From the NCBI RefSeq assembly GCF_036321535.1, contig NC_087436.1, positions 89,096,001 through 89,160,000 of the forward strand: a DNA stretch of 64,000 nt, given 5' to 3'. How positions within the stretch are numbered: position 1 is the stretch's first letter; every line of letters starts with the position of its first letter. The notes under the pieces are model-generated. The model was not told the origin of the DNA and did no database searches. It saw only the letters and a program-made list of their open reading frames with translations. The stretch is from Camelus dromedarius (lineage: Eukaryota). Shown here one piece after another: positions 11,216 to 23,890 of the stretch. Position numbers and translations under genes: made by a program.

Positions 11216-13287
11216 TTCCTCTTAGCACAGCTTGAATTGCCAGGGTGCTTCATGTGAAAGTGGCTTGTGGGTCTCAATTGTATGGATTCTTGACTCAAAG
11301 CTCCATTTTCCTTTGCATGTGCTAACACAAATAGTATTTGATGAATAGTTTTGATTATCCAAATTCAGATTCAAAGGAAATACATTAGACTCTTCATTGT
11401 AATGATAGATATTTTATATTGAAATAGGAGAGATGTTATTCATAGGACTAACTGTAGAGGCATGTATGATTTGCTCCATAGAACTGTATAATCAAATCAA
11501 TAGCAGAAAGTACCTTTGAAGCAAGGTTTCATCCACACTCCCACCTCAATAGGAACATGGCTGTACACCGTAATTAGAACCAAGTTTAAAGACACATTAT
11601 ATGATCAACACAGCCAGTGCCTTCCACTCTTGTAATAGAAATTTAGCTCTTTCCTTACATATTTTAGGAGATTAGGTTCCATTTTTATTTTCTAAAACCA
11701 AATAAACAGAAAAAAAAAATCAGCTCTGAACGGCAGTATTCCAGCAATCAATCATTTAAAAAACATATGGGCAAAGAATAAGATTCTTTTTAGGTTTTGA
11801 ATTCAAAAAGTGATCTTTTTACTCCACTCTTCATATTTCAGAGAAAATGATCTTCCTTATCCCACATCACAGATGTCTCCTTAGCTACAGACTCCACCAG
11901 CAGAATAACAAGAGGATTCTAAAGATTACTCCGTGTCTGTTCATTTTTTTTTTAAAGCTTTCCTGCAGAGAGTCAAAACAGCCAGTGCCTTTGTTGTACA
12001 TCGTGTGATTATATTTGAACAAATTAGGCAATTCCCTCCCTCCTCACCACTCATGTTGGTCAATGTAACAGGCTCCCAGAGTGGAACAAAATAGAAATTT
12101 GCTTTTACTTCATGTCTGATGCACACAGGCAGAAACACAGATCACCATTTTATTTAAAAAAGAAGTCACCATCTGCTTTGCAAAGGGAGAAATATTTGGG
12201 CCCCGTCTTAATTGTGACAAGTATTTTCAGTGTAGGGTCTTTTGACAACATATTACCTTCAGTTTTTCTTTAAAGGGGATATGTAGGTTTGGCTATTAAG
12301 AGAAAAACAAAATGAGAATAAAGGCATGTTTTTGTCTAAACATTTTAATAAGGTAAAATTGGACTTAAGAGATTAGCCCTGCAGAAAATGGTGTTAAAAA
12401 CAAAGTAAACAGTGAGGGATTGAAAAATCTTGAGATAATCCCCACCATTCCCTTAAGGATTTAGCTCAGTAGCTTCACAATTTATGAATGTGTATAATAA
12501 CGGTGTCTTGATTTTACAGGATGCTTTTGGAGCAATTTCTTCATTTTGGGTCATGTTTTTTCAGCTCATAAAGTGCTCTCGAAGATCGCTAGGCACCTCG
12601 GGAAGCTGCTTTAACGTTTAGGTCAATCAAGGACCATTTGGATGAAATGAACTAATGCATGGGCAAGTCCTCTGAAAAGTACAAAATGTTCCACGAACGC
12701 ATTTTGCTGCTATTAAATAACTGATGTTTGGCTTTTCTAAACACTCACCTTCATTTGAAACCACTGAATAACAAATCTCCAGATGAAAAAAAAAAAATGA
12801 CAAATGTTCCCATTGTGATGTTCATTGCTCAGAGGCATACTTCAGACCTCACAGTGCTGTCTGACCCTCTTGAGGTTTGAAACCTTTGCAAGAGCTGTGA
12901 GATTATAGCCAAAAGCCATCAGCCCTTGAAGGAGAAGAGTATTTTGTGTTATAATGCAGTTTATTTCATTTGATTCTCCCGATGGGTTTAAGTACTGGGG
13001 GAGTGTAGTGGAACTAGTTCTTGTACTTTCTTTGTGGGAAACCACAGCCTCAAATTTCCTTGTATCTGGGCACCATCATCCCTAAGCTATTTAATTAAGA
13101 CATAGGAGACTTTGGTTACCAATAATATTATGATTACCATTTTGATGGTGGCTATGGGCAGGACTGGTCTTTTAAAACATGAGGGGGCCCCCAAACACAC
13201 TATAGATCTATCACCCCAGCTCAGAAAATCTCTGAGACTGCATTAACATTTAGGGTGCTTTCCAAAATGTTGCATTGAAATTGCTCC

Positions 13288-13480
13288 CGTTATGGCCTGA
13301 AATATGTCTCCTCCAAAATTCATATGTTGTGGTTCTAAGACCTCAGAGTGTGACTATATTTGGAGATAGGGGTCTTTACAGAGGTAACTAAGTTAAAATG
13401 GAGCCACTAGGGTGGATCCTTATCCGATATGACTGGTGCCCTTATACGAGGGAATCTGGGTGCAGACACTGACAGAGAGA
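13288..13480 (+). mobile_element. MLT1B-like MaLR LTR, 5' half only
   Basis: gttatggcctgaaatatgtctcctccaaaattcatatgttg...gtgactatatttggagatagggg...atatgactggtgcccttata. Confidence 0.75.
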
Positions 13481-13666
13481 GTTCTGCCTCCAGGCCACCT
13501 CTGGACTTGAGCTGCAGCATTAATCCTTCCCTGGGTCTTTGCTCGCCTCTCCTGCAGATTTCAAACTTACTAGCTCTCACAATTTCAACAGCCAACTCTT
13601 CTCTCTTTCTATACGTGTTCACACATCCAATTACTTTTGTTTCTCTGGAAAACCCTGAAACAACTA
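13481..13666 (+). mobile_element. MLT2-like ERVL LTR, 3' half only
   Basis: ggacttgagctgcagcattaatccttccctgggtct...ctgcagatttcaaactt...tttgtttctctggaaaaccctga; similar to the 3' half of the LTR at 38220-38704. Confidence 0.7.
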
Positions 13667-13729
13667 CTTAGAGGTGTTTATATTCTAAAAGAATATTGAG
13701 TACAAATGACTCCTAAATTATACATTCAA

Positions 13730-13960
13730 GTTTAGTGGCTGAGTGAATAGGTTTTGGACTTACAATGATGGGTTCAAATCTTGGCTCTGCCACTTTCTAG
13801 CAAAATACATCTCTGAGCAAGCTACTTAATCTCTTACCTTCTTCATCTGTAGTATGGGAACTATTGGGGTTGTGGTGAAAATCTAAGGAATAAAATATTT
13901 TTAAAGCATTTAGTAGAATGAAGTCATAAGCCCTCAAGATATGCTAGTTATTATTATTGT
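13730..13960 (+). mobile_element. MIR SINE
   Basis: tgggttcaaatcttggctctgccactt...gcaagctacttaatctc...cttcatctgta...ggttgtggtgaa. Confidence 0.75.
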
Positions 13961-15770
13961 TATTATTAACATATATATTTTCATTCAGGATTCTTAGTTT
14001 TAGGCGGTAGGAAGTAAGTTCAAATAAAAGGGAATTTATTAAAACTTATAGGCGAGCTCACAAATTCCCTGAGAGTGTCAGTGAACCAGGCTCTGAGGTC
14101 ATAAAGCCAGAAACCATTGCCGAAATGGATGCCATAGAACTGATCCTATGAGACCCCTCTGCTTCTGCTGTGGACTCTAACCCTAACTTGACCCCTAACC
14201 CTAAACCATCCTACCATCAACAGCACTGAGGCTGGAGACCCGTGGGGCCACCAGAACCACCCTAGCAGCTGCTGTTACGGGGCTACTCTTGTCATGATGG
14301 ATTTTCTCTGCCCCTTCCTTCTTTACATCACTAACTTTTGATTTGATGTTTGCAATGAGTACGAGAGAATGGATGGTGGAACCTAGGTCTGTCTCATGCC
14401 TGGATGCAAGGAATGTTGGGAAAGTGAATATCAGGTATTTTCAGTTTTGACAATGAGAGGCTCTGCTTTATACATGGGGCTGGCAGCTACATAAGACGGT
14501 AATACTGGGTTTTCAAAAACTGACTGATATTCACCACTTATATGAATGGACATTACAATCAGCTGATCACTGGTCACAGAAACTCTTCTTTTTTTTTTTT
14601 AAACAATTCTTTTCTAATCCTCTCTCTGTTTCCTTCTCTAATCACTGCTGCCTATAATAACTCCCAAACTCGTACTTCTAAACTTCTTACCCTTGTTGTA
14701 TGTGTTGACTTGGCTTAGGGAGTTTGGCATGACAGGTGTGACATGAGGGGTCTAACATTATTTTATTGCTTGTGAAGATATCTAATTATGATTGCTAGGG
14801 AAACACGTCTCATTACAGAGAGAAACATGAATTTTGGAATCAGAAAGAACTGGGTTTCTACTTTGCCTTTCTGTTTATCATTACAGTGATCACTGGCACT
14901 TTTTTATTTTTTTAACCTTGGGTCTCCATTTCTCTCTTTGTAAAACAGGAATAGTAAATTGCTGGCCTTGAAGGATGTTTTTAAGAATCAGACATAATAC
15001 ATGTCACGTAGTGTAGGACTGGGCAAAACAAGACCTGCTGTAATGATTTTCAGCCTTCAGGGGCGTCAAAAAGACCGATGAAACAATATTTTTAATTTAA
15101 TTTTATCAAAATTTTACCCCTAAAGCAACAACAAATGTCAATTATTTTGATGGCCCCTTTTTTTTCTGGGTGACATTATGGAAACTTTCTGGAAAAAGAA
15201 CAAGTTAAAAAAAATAAAACTAGATCAACGTCTTCCAAGGCATTTTTATTAATTTTATGAGCCATTCACCTCTATCGGATCAAACCAGCACCCTCATGAC
15301 ACAAAGGTCATTTTACCTATGATCGATACTTTCCAACTACTAAATACAGTATTTTCCTGTTTCTTCCTTTTCTTAAGTGTAAATTCAGTGAGAGAGAGCA
15401 CAGTAGACAAGATTGAGGGAGTACTTGATACGTCATGGTCAGTGAAGAAATATTTGCTTAAAACTTGGCTCCTTGAAAGACTGTTTGAAGACCAAATTTG
15501 GAGGAATATAGGATCTTCCTATAACAGTAAACTGATTTTTCCTAAATACATGTGCTCCAGTTTTCTTGAAAAAATTTTTTTTTTGCATCCTGACAATGAA
15601 TGTGAATAAGACATATCTATTTGCTTAATCCTTTATTGAGTCATTCAATGAGTATTTATCAATTTCTGCTATGAGCCAGGTACTTGGCATCTGTGCTACA
15701 AAGAGGAGGAACACAGACAGGATCTCTATTTACGAAGGTTTTAGACCAGCTGGGAAGACAAATGGCGTTT

Positions 15771-16650
15771 TGTGATACATAAAGAATATATATTTGGTCA
15801 TTCAGATGACCAAATACATATTTCATATATATTTTTTGTCTTTGTCCATGGATTCTGGCTAACAGCTCCCCAAACCCTTGGAATTTCTTGAGTGATAAGC
15901 GCTGTGGGAGCATCTTTTAGACTTTTATCCTCAGTTCCTGAAGCCGTAAAGATGAAATGGGTGTCTTGTTATTCATAACAAGTCCCTTTCCACCACAACT
16001 GAGTTTCTGTTAATGAACTGACTTTAGGGAAGCACTTGAGGAGGGGGCTGGTTGCCAATAGAGTCAACCAGGAGATTAGAGGGTTGAAACTTTCAGTCCC
16101 ACCCTTCCACCTCCAAGGAGAAGAGAGGTGGAAGTTGAATCAATCACCAGTGCCAAAGATTTAATCACTCGTGTCTGTGTAACAAAGCCTCCATAGAAAC
16201 CCAAAAGGACTGGGTTCAGAGAGCTTCTGGGTTGGTAAATACATGGAGATTCAGGAGAGTGGCGCATGAGACACAGCATGGCAGCTCAGTATCCTTTCCC
16301 CATACCTTGTTCTATGCAGCTCTTCCATCTGGCTATTCCTGAGTTACATCCTTTTATAACAAACCAGTTATCTAGTAAGCCAAATGTTTCTCTGAGTCTT
16401 ACAAGCCACTCTCACAGATTAATTGAACACAAGGATGGGAGGATTATTGGAACCTCTGATCTATAGCCAGCCAGCCAGAAGCACTGGTGATAATCGACTT
16501 TTGACTTGTACATGAAGAGGGGTTGGGGAGGGGAGACAGCCTTGTAGGACTGAGCACTTCAACTATGAGGTCTGACACTATACTGAGGGAAATACTGTTA
16601 TAACTGAATTGAGTTGTAGGACACCCTGCTGGTGTTGGAGAATTGCTTGG
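15771..16650 (+). mobile_element. MER21-family-like ERV LTR (~880 bp, 3' end apparently truncated)
   Basis: Starts TG (tgtgatacataaagaatatatatttggtc). Contains ccaggagattagagggttgaaactttcag, gatttaatc...gcctccatagaaacccaaaagga and ttccatctggctattcctgagtt...ctttataacaaacc, recalled as MER21-type motifs. Confidence 0.7.
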
Positions 16651-17929
16651 CTTCATACTAGTTGCTTTATACGCAATTAGTCTTCACAACTAATCTAACA
16701 AATCTATGACGTGCTCATTATTTTATAGATGGGGAAACATAGGTTTAGAAGGGCTAAGTAACTTGCTGACGGTGACATAACTGGAAAGTGGAATAGCTGT
16801 GGGGTCTATCTGATTGCAGGGCCCAAACTCAACCATAGCTCTGCAGCCTCCCGGAAGTCCATTGTGTGACTCATACAGTTGATGAACCAAATGACTATAT
16901 CAATTGAAATGTACAGCAGAAGAATTACTGCTCCCTCAGGGCCCTTGCTGTATCTGCACTAATGGTGCTAACAGTGTCTCCAAATTAGGAGAACAATAAT
17001 CAGGCTTACCAAGTTGAAATCCAGGGACAGAAGTTGTACTATAATAGTTATAGCCACAGATAGGGAGGCAAAAGCTATAGAAAGAAATTTATTGCCTTTC
17101 TGAGTGATTGTAGCAAGTTTTTAAACCACATTATTTCTCTGTTTTAGTCTCTGAAAAAGGGAACATCTTATCCCCCACCTAATTATTTCCAAGATTACTT
17201 TCATTTGTGAAAACTGAGTCTCTTCATTCTGACAGGATACGATCAAAGTCTGGAAAAGTACAGTAGAAATATCAAAGATGACAGTGACCTTTTTCACAGA
17301 CATCTAGACAATCAAGGAAGTATTCCTTCAGTTTGAAGATGATACTGCTATGCTACTGAGTGGTGAGCAAAAGAGCTTCTGGAAACTGAAAAGCAGAGGG
17401 ACCTATGGAAAGTGTCCTAGCCCACACAAGAAAACTAGAACCTGGGATGGCAATGGGGGAAAGGAGCACACAATTTCATTATGGAGTCTCAAAAAATCTC
17501 AGCAATTGAGAGCACCAGGTACCTGTAAAAGTCAGGGTGAAAAAGGTCCAGCAACAGGGAATTTCTGAACCGTGTTATACCCCCACAATGGAACATGATG
17601 CAGCTATAAAAAATGGGATGTGCTCTATGATGGGATATGGAAAAATGCCCAAGACACAGCGTCAAGTGAAAAAGCAAGATGCAGAATGATACATGTGAAA
17701 TATTGCTTTTGTTATGAAATGGGAAAAGAGAAAATATATTTGTATTTGCTTGTATTTACATAAAGATATCTGAGAAGGATAAATCAGAAACTAATAAAAA
17801 TGATGAAGGAAAAGTGTGAATTTGGAAGGAGAGGAGGTGGTGAGACTTCCCAATGTTTAACTTTCAATTTTGTTTTTATGTTTTAACAATGTAAATGCAT
17901 TACTGTTAAAACAATTTAAAAATAAAGTG

Positions 17930-18910
17930 GTGCAAAACACATTTCTGATAAAAGATTGGTATCCAAAATACATAAAGAACTCTTAAAACTCAACTCTAAG
18001 AAAATAAATAACCCAATGAAAACATGGGCAAAAGATCTGTGCAGACTTCATCAAAGAAGAAACAAAGATGGCAAACTGCTATATGAAAAGATGCTCAACA
18101 TAGTATGTCATTAGGAAATTGCAAATTAAAACAGATGTGTATTGAAATAGTGAAAATCCCAAACACTGACAACTCCAAATGCTGGCAAGGATATGGAGCA
18201 AAGGAATGCTGATTCATTGCTCCTGGGTGTGTAAAATGGAACAGCCACTTTGGAAGACAGTTTGGCATTGTCTTACAAAACTAAGCATACTTCTATCACA
18301 CTACCCAGCAGTTGTGCTCCTTGATATTTACCAAAATGGGCTGAAAACTTACAACCACACAAAAACCTGCACATGAAAGTTTATGGTAGCTTTATTCATA
18401 ATTGCCAAAATGTGGAAGAAAGCAATATATCCTTCAGTAGGGAAACACATAAAGTATGGTATATCCATAAATGGAATGTTATTCAATGCTAAAAAGAAAT
18501 GTTATCAAGTCAATTTGGCTAAGTGAAAGAAGCCAGTCTGAAAAGGCTACATGCTATATTGCTACAGGCCTAATGTTTGTGTGCCCCACAAATTCACATG
18601 TTAAAATCCTAATGCCCAATGTGGTGGTATTAGGAGGTCGAGCCTTTGGGAGGTGTGACTTTACAGAAGGGACTCTAGCGGGCTGCCTTGCCCCTTCCAC
18701 CACGCAAGAGCCAGGGAGAAGACCGTCTCCTGTGAACCAGGAAGCAGGCCCTCACTAGACACCAAGCTGGCATAATGATCTCGGGCTGCCCGCCTCCAGA
18801 ACTGTGAGCAGTACATTTCTGTTGTGTGTAAGCCACCCAGTCTATGGTATTTTGTTAAAGTAACCCCAAAGGACTAAGACACTTATGATTCCAACTATAT
18901 GCCATTTTAG
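17930..18910 (+). mobile_element. Old L1 (L1M-type) ORF2 3' fragment, split by a nested MLT1A LTR
   Basis: tctgataaaagattggtatccaaaatacataaagaactc...cagccactttggaagacagtttggca...gccagtctgaaaaggctaca, resuming after the LTR with tatgattccaactatatg. Confidence 0.85.
18560..18881 (+). mobile_element. MLT1A-like MaLR solo LTR nested in L1
   Basis: TG...CA termini (tgctacagg...ggactaagaca); internal gcctccagaactgtgag and taagccacccagtctatggtattttgtta; L1 sequence is colinear on both sides. Confidence 0.85.
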
Positions 18911-18929
18911 GTATCTGTCTCCAGTTTGA

Positions 18930-20260
18930 AAGTTCCGTCTGATACTTAACATGATCCAAAAGGCTCATCATGATGAAATTTAGACTATTAGGAAGCAGAG
19001 AGAATATTCCTAAAATGCTGCAAAGAAAAAAACTACCCATATATAAAGATTCAAGAATCAGAATAGCACTGACCTTCTCAGTAGCATTATCAGAAGCTAG
19101 AAGACACTGAAATATTGCCTTAGAAAATACAGAGGAAATTGATTTCTTACACAGGAGTCTATAGACATAAAAATTCAATCAGTTGTCAGGAGTGAATAAA
19201 GGCATTGACAGATATGCAAGGTCTCAAAAAGTTTGTCTTCTCTCAGCCACTCACAGAAGCTACAGGGGAAGGCTCCACCAGGATGTACATTAAGAAGATG
19301 ATGTGGAATTCAGAAAACAGAGGTTCCCACACAAAAGGTAGACAGAAAGTCCCTAGACTGATGGGAAAGGAGACCCCAAGGGGACCTGGGGAACAACTAG
19401 TTCAGGTGGGAGCAAGGGGACACAGAGTCCTTGGAGAGTTATCCCTTGGAAGATTAATTCGATAGCTTGTCTGTGTGTTTGAGAAGAGATGTACACCCAA
19501 AACAAAGACTGTGTGGATGACTGAATAATTAAAAAAAGACAAAATTGTATAGGAAAGTAAATTTAGTCATGGTATACCAAATAGCCTAGTTGTGAGTAAT
19601 GTTCACAGAGTTATAATAATGTGAACATTGAGTAACAGTATAACCAAAAACTGTAATATAATCAGGGATTATATTAAAAAAATTAAATATTTGCCAATTA
19701 TTGGTTTGGCCACAAACCAAGGCATCCTGGACACTGGGTAAAGCTGACTGCACCCTACCATGCCAGGTGATACTCCCTTCATTGTTGGATTGTGGGAAGA
19801 AAATATCTGGGGTTCTAGGGGTGGTGCTGGGCTAATAAGGTACAGATGGGTCACTTGGGAGCTTCAGAGCAACAGCTGTTTTCCAGCCTAAAAGGAAATA
19901 TTTCAGTATTTTAATACTAGTGGATACTGGTTGATCATTAGACATCAATGTTAGAGGGGTGAACAGGAAAGAATTGTGTGTGTACGTGTGTGTGTGTGTT
20001 GGTGGGGGGATATGGGAGTGTGTGAAAAAGGTACAAGGTATTAAAGTGGAAAACCAAGAATTAACGGCACAAGTGATATTATTTAGAAACGTGAAGGTAA
20101 ACAACAAAACTAAAAGAGTTGCTGTTAACAATTGCTGGTTAATGAGAATGGAGGGAGATGGGGGGTAGAGATGGACAGGAGACCACTGTTTTTATAACAG
20201 GCCTTGGAAAACTATCGCATTTTAACCATGTACCTGTATTACTGATAAAAATAAAAATAG
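18930..20260 (+). mobile_element. HAL1/ancient L1 ORF1-like remnant
   Basis: ~19030-19160 translates roughly as KLPIYKDSRIRIALTFSVALSEARRH*NIA, similar to the L1 ORF1 C-terminal TYKGxxIRLTADFSxxTLxARRxW motif. A-rich end at ~20245-20260. Confidence 0.55.
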
Positions 20261-21719
20261 GTAATAAATGCTTACTATGTACCAGGTTCAATGATATTTC
20301 AAGATAAATATTACCATTCTCATTTTACTTTAAGGAAGCAAAAATAATATACCAGTTCATCTCTCAAGATGAGAAAGGGAGTATCTCTTTATATATTAGA
20401 AGACAAATTCAAGGCACTTATATTAAGAAGGCTCACAAACACATTAACTTAAATTAATTAAAGATTGGTCTTGATTGACCTTAAAAATAAGTTAGCAATA
20501 ATTAAGTTATGTACTTGTGATGGAAATATCAAAGGAATCACTTAACGTGAAACTTCCCGAAATGTGTCTTGACCTTACTGTCAGAGGAAATACCAAAGCG
20601 GGAGGAACTTTGATGAAATTCATTATTAGATTTTTATATTTTTAGTAGTCTTTGCTTAATTAAAAACCATTGGAAGGGAACTGGATCAAGAAGTATGCCG
20701 GAAAGATCTCTGAGCCTCCATTGGTTTCTTCTCATTAAATCCTATTACCATGAAATAAACAAAATGTCCACAATAAGCAATTTCAAACATGCAAACCAAA
20801 AATGTGAGTGTCAATATATCATTTAAGCAATAGGAAGATTAGAAATTACCTATAAGCTCAGAATATAGAAGAAAATCCTATCCTAAAGAAGATGATACAT
20901 GTATGTGGTGAAGTTAAAAGAAACAAAATCAACAATTTGTCTTGGCTTTTCACTTGGTTGGCTTGGATATCGTTTTGTTGGAGAAACATAATAGACACCC
21001 TTGGCCTAGAATGGAAGGATTAGACGAAGAATAGATGAGGAGGACTACTTTGTTTGGCTAGATTTGGAAATAATCTTGTGATGATCTGGTTCATGATTTT
21101 CCTATCTGGCACTATAAGTCTATAGAGCAGAGACCTATAAACAGGATTCTTTTTTTGATCATCATGGCACCTAATATCATAGCAACATAGTTAGACATCT
21201 TACCTATTAAGTAAATGAATGATGGCAGAGCCCAGCATAGCACTGCTTTTTACACAGAGCTGTGAAGTTTGCAAAAATCAGTATAGTCTCTAATTTTTAT
21301 ATGTTTCCTAAAATAGGGAAATTCCATGTCACTCTGTTCATTCACTCAACACATCATTATTGAAGGAATTCTCTGTGAAAGCCTCTCAGTTTGTCATCTT
21401 CTGAAAACTAGTGCAGCAGAAACCATCACTTTCTTCACTCAAATCCTATGGAATTTAACTCTCCACACTGATGAGGATCATGAAATGTTTTAATTAGCAA
21501 GATATGAGATGACCACACACCCAAGGTTGATTTACCGCCATGTTGCCAGGGTTCATAGCACCCTGAATATATTGAAAAATATGTGATTATTTTTTCTGGA
21601 TGGTATGTATTTTAGCTCAGAGGCTTACAATACAGTCATAATTTGTTATGATTTTAGGGGGCAATTTTTGCTTTCTAGAGGCAACTATTCTGGCATCATA
21701 TTATTATTGTGATATCAAG

Positions 21720-21915
21720 TAGGCATTAACATTTATTGAGTACTTATATGTGTAGACATTTCCTTACAGCAACCTCACGAGGTAACTATCATTGTCCGTA
21801 TTTCTAGATGGAGCAAATGAGACACAGGGTGGTGTAATGACAACTTGCCCAGGTAGCAAATCTGGGATCAAACCCAGAGATGTTTGATTCCTAAACCATA
21901 CCTTTTCCACTATGC
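21720..21915 (-). mobile_element. MIR SINE
   Basis: taacatttattgagtactta...acagcaacctcacgaggta...agatggagcaaatgagacacag...aacttgcccagg. Confidence 0.75.
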
Positions 21916-22555
21916 CATAGAAGAGTGGGCCAATAGGGCTTGTGATTTTTGTAATAAATTAAGGCCTGATATATTAAAATTATATGCATAAATTTAAATT
22001 ACTTGAAATGTATATTGGAAATCCAATCTTCAATAGCTTTAGATATATATTAATTAATTAATGTCTTAAAACCTCTTTATATAATATCTATAATTTAAGC
22101 CCAAGAAGTAAATATTTTAAATAAAAAATAAGAACTGATACAAAGTAATAAATAAAATATGTATTTTCAAATAGTAAGTTAGTTGAGACCAATAAAGCAT
22201 ATCACGGTCATCTTGCAAAAGAGTTTCTTATACTCTGAAACATATAGATGATTATATTCCATCCTTAGCATTTCCACGAACACAAAGTCAGAAAGCATTT
22301 TCCAAGTTGATAAACAACTAATAGAAGCAAAGATCACTCATGTAGGAGGGCTATAAGATGTGTGTATTTGTGTAAATATATTCTGACATATTTCAAAATT
22401 TTGATGAGACAGATACATCACAAACTGCTTGAACTGCCTAAAGTCTGAGAGCTGGTATCAAACTGGAATTAAAAATCCTTGTTCTTTGCTCTTTTACAAT
22501 TTGAACTGGACTAGAAGTTTGTGCATTGTTACTAATGAGACAATACCATATACAC

Positions 22556-22630
<75 letters not shown>
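22556..22630. repeat. Compound (GT)n(AT)n microsatellite
   Basis: Direct reading; the TA run is ~58 nt and perfect. Confidence 0.97.
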
Positions 22631-22634
<4 letters not shown>

Positions 22635-22649
22635 TTAAGGTTAGAGCTT

Positions 22650-23890
22650 TGTGACCCTAAGGTTTACTTTCCTTCCTTTCTTTGGCTTCTGCAACTCTAC
22701 ACTCCATGATTTTCTTCCTATTTCTCTGGCTGTTCCTTCCTTATTTCTTTTTTCATTCTTATCTTATTCTATCCAGTGATTAAATATTGGAGTAACTCAG
22801 GCTTCTTAATTCTTTATTTCTTACTCTGTATCATCTCCTCAGGGACATCCTCCTATATTTACAATTATCAAAATATTTAGATGATTCACAAATGTATATA
22901 TTCAGGGTAGACCTCTCTCTGTGCTCCAGACCTGTATCATACATGAAGAAATCAAAAATTAAACTTGTGATCTTTTCTTTGCTCCCAGCTCAGAATCTAG
23001 AACACTCCCATTCTTCCCATTTTGGGTGAATGTCACCCTCATTCGTTTATGAATTCAAGCAAAAAATCTTTGGAAATAGTGGGAGTCATTTTTTAATTCC
23101 TCTATCTTTCTCATTCATATTGATTTCTTCACTAAGTCCCATCTGTTTTTCCTTCTAGTTCTCCTGTGCATCCATCTACTTTCTATTTCCATTCTGATTC
23201 AAGCTAGCATCATTCTCTCCCTGGTCTATTCTGATAGTCTTCAAAATGGTTTTTCTTTCTCCACCTGCACTAATCTGTTCTCAATACTGTAGCTAGAGTA
23301 ATTTTTTTCAAACATGAATCTTATCCGATCAACCCTCCTTACCCCAGCTCAAAAATCCTCCAGTGACCCACCATTCCTAGCAGAAAATCAAAACTCTTAT
23401 AAGATCCTCCAGGGTAAGCCCTCTACCTGCATTTCCAGCTTCAACTCACACCACGGTCCTTCTTCTCTTGCTGCTACAACCACATTAGATTTACTTCTGT
23501 CCACTGAGCTTGCTAGAATCCCTCCTGTCACAGGGTCTTGAATTTGATGTTCTCTCTGCCTGGACTATTGTTTTTTCTCCTCTTTGCCTCATTAACTCCT
23601 TGTTATACAGCCTTTAGATCTATAAACAATTGACATATTCTCAAGGAAACTCTTGACCTCCATAAGTCCAATCCCCCTAATTCACTCTCTAATAGCATAA
23701 AGTACCACTAGTTCATAGCAATATTTACTTTTATTGGTGTAAGTCTTTGAGAAATGCCTATTTACCTTTCCTGCTTGGAAGCTCCGTTAGGGAGAGTAAG
23801 GACCTTCTCTACTTTTGCTCACCACTGCCATCTAGCACAGTGCCAAGCACCATCCAGGCTACAATGAGTGTTGCTGAATGGATTACTGAA
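22650..23890 (+). mobile_element. L2 LINE 3' remnant
   Basis: agacctctctctgtgctccagacctgta...cacagggtcttg...tctctctgcctgga...ctagcacagtgcc...tgttgctgaatgga 3' end. Confidence 0.75.

Noticed and set aside
14176..14206. Telomere-like TAACCC units
   Set aside because: Only a few degenerate units within decayed LTR-like sequence; too short for an interstitial telomere call.
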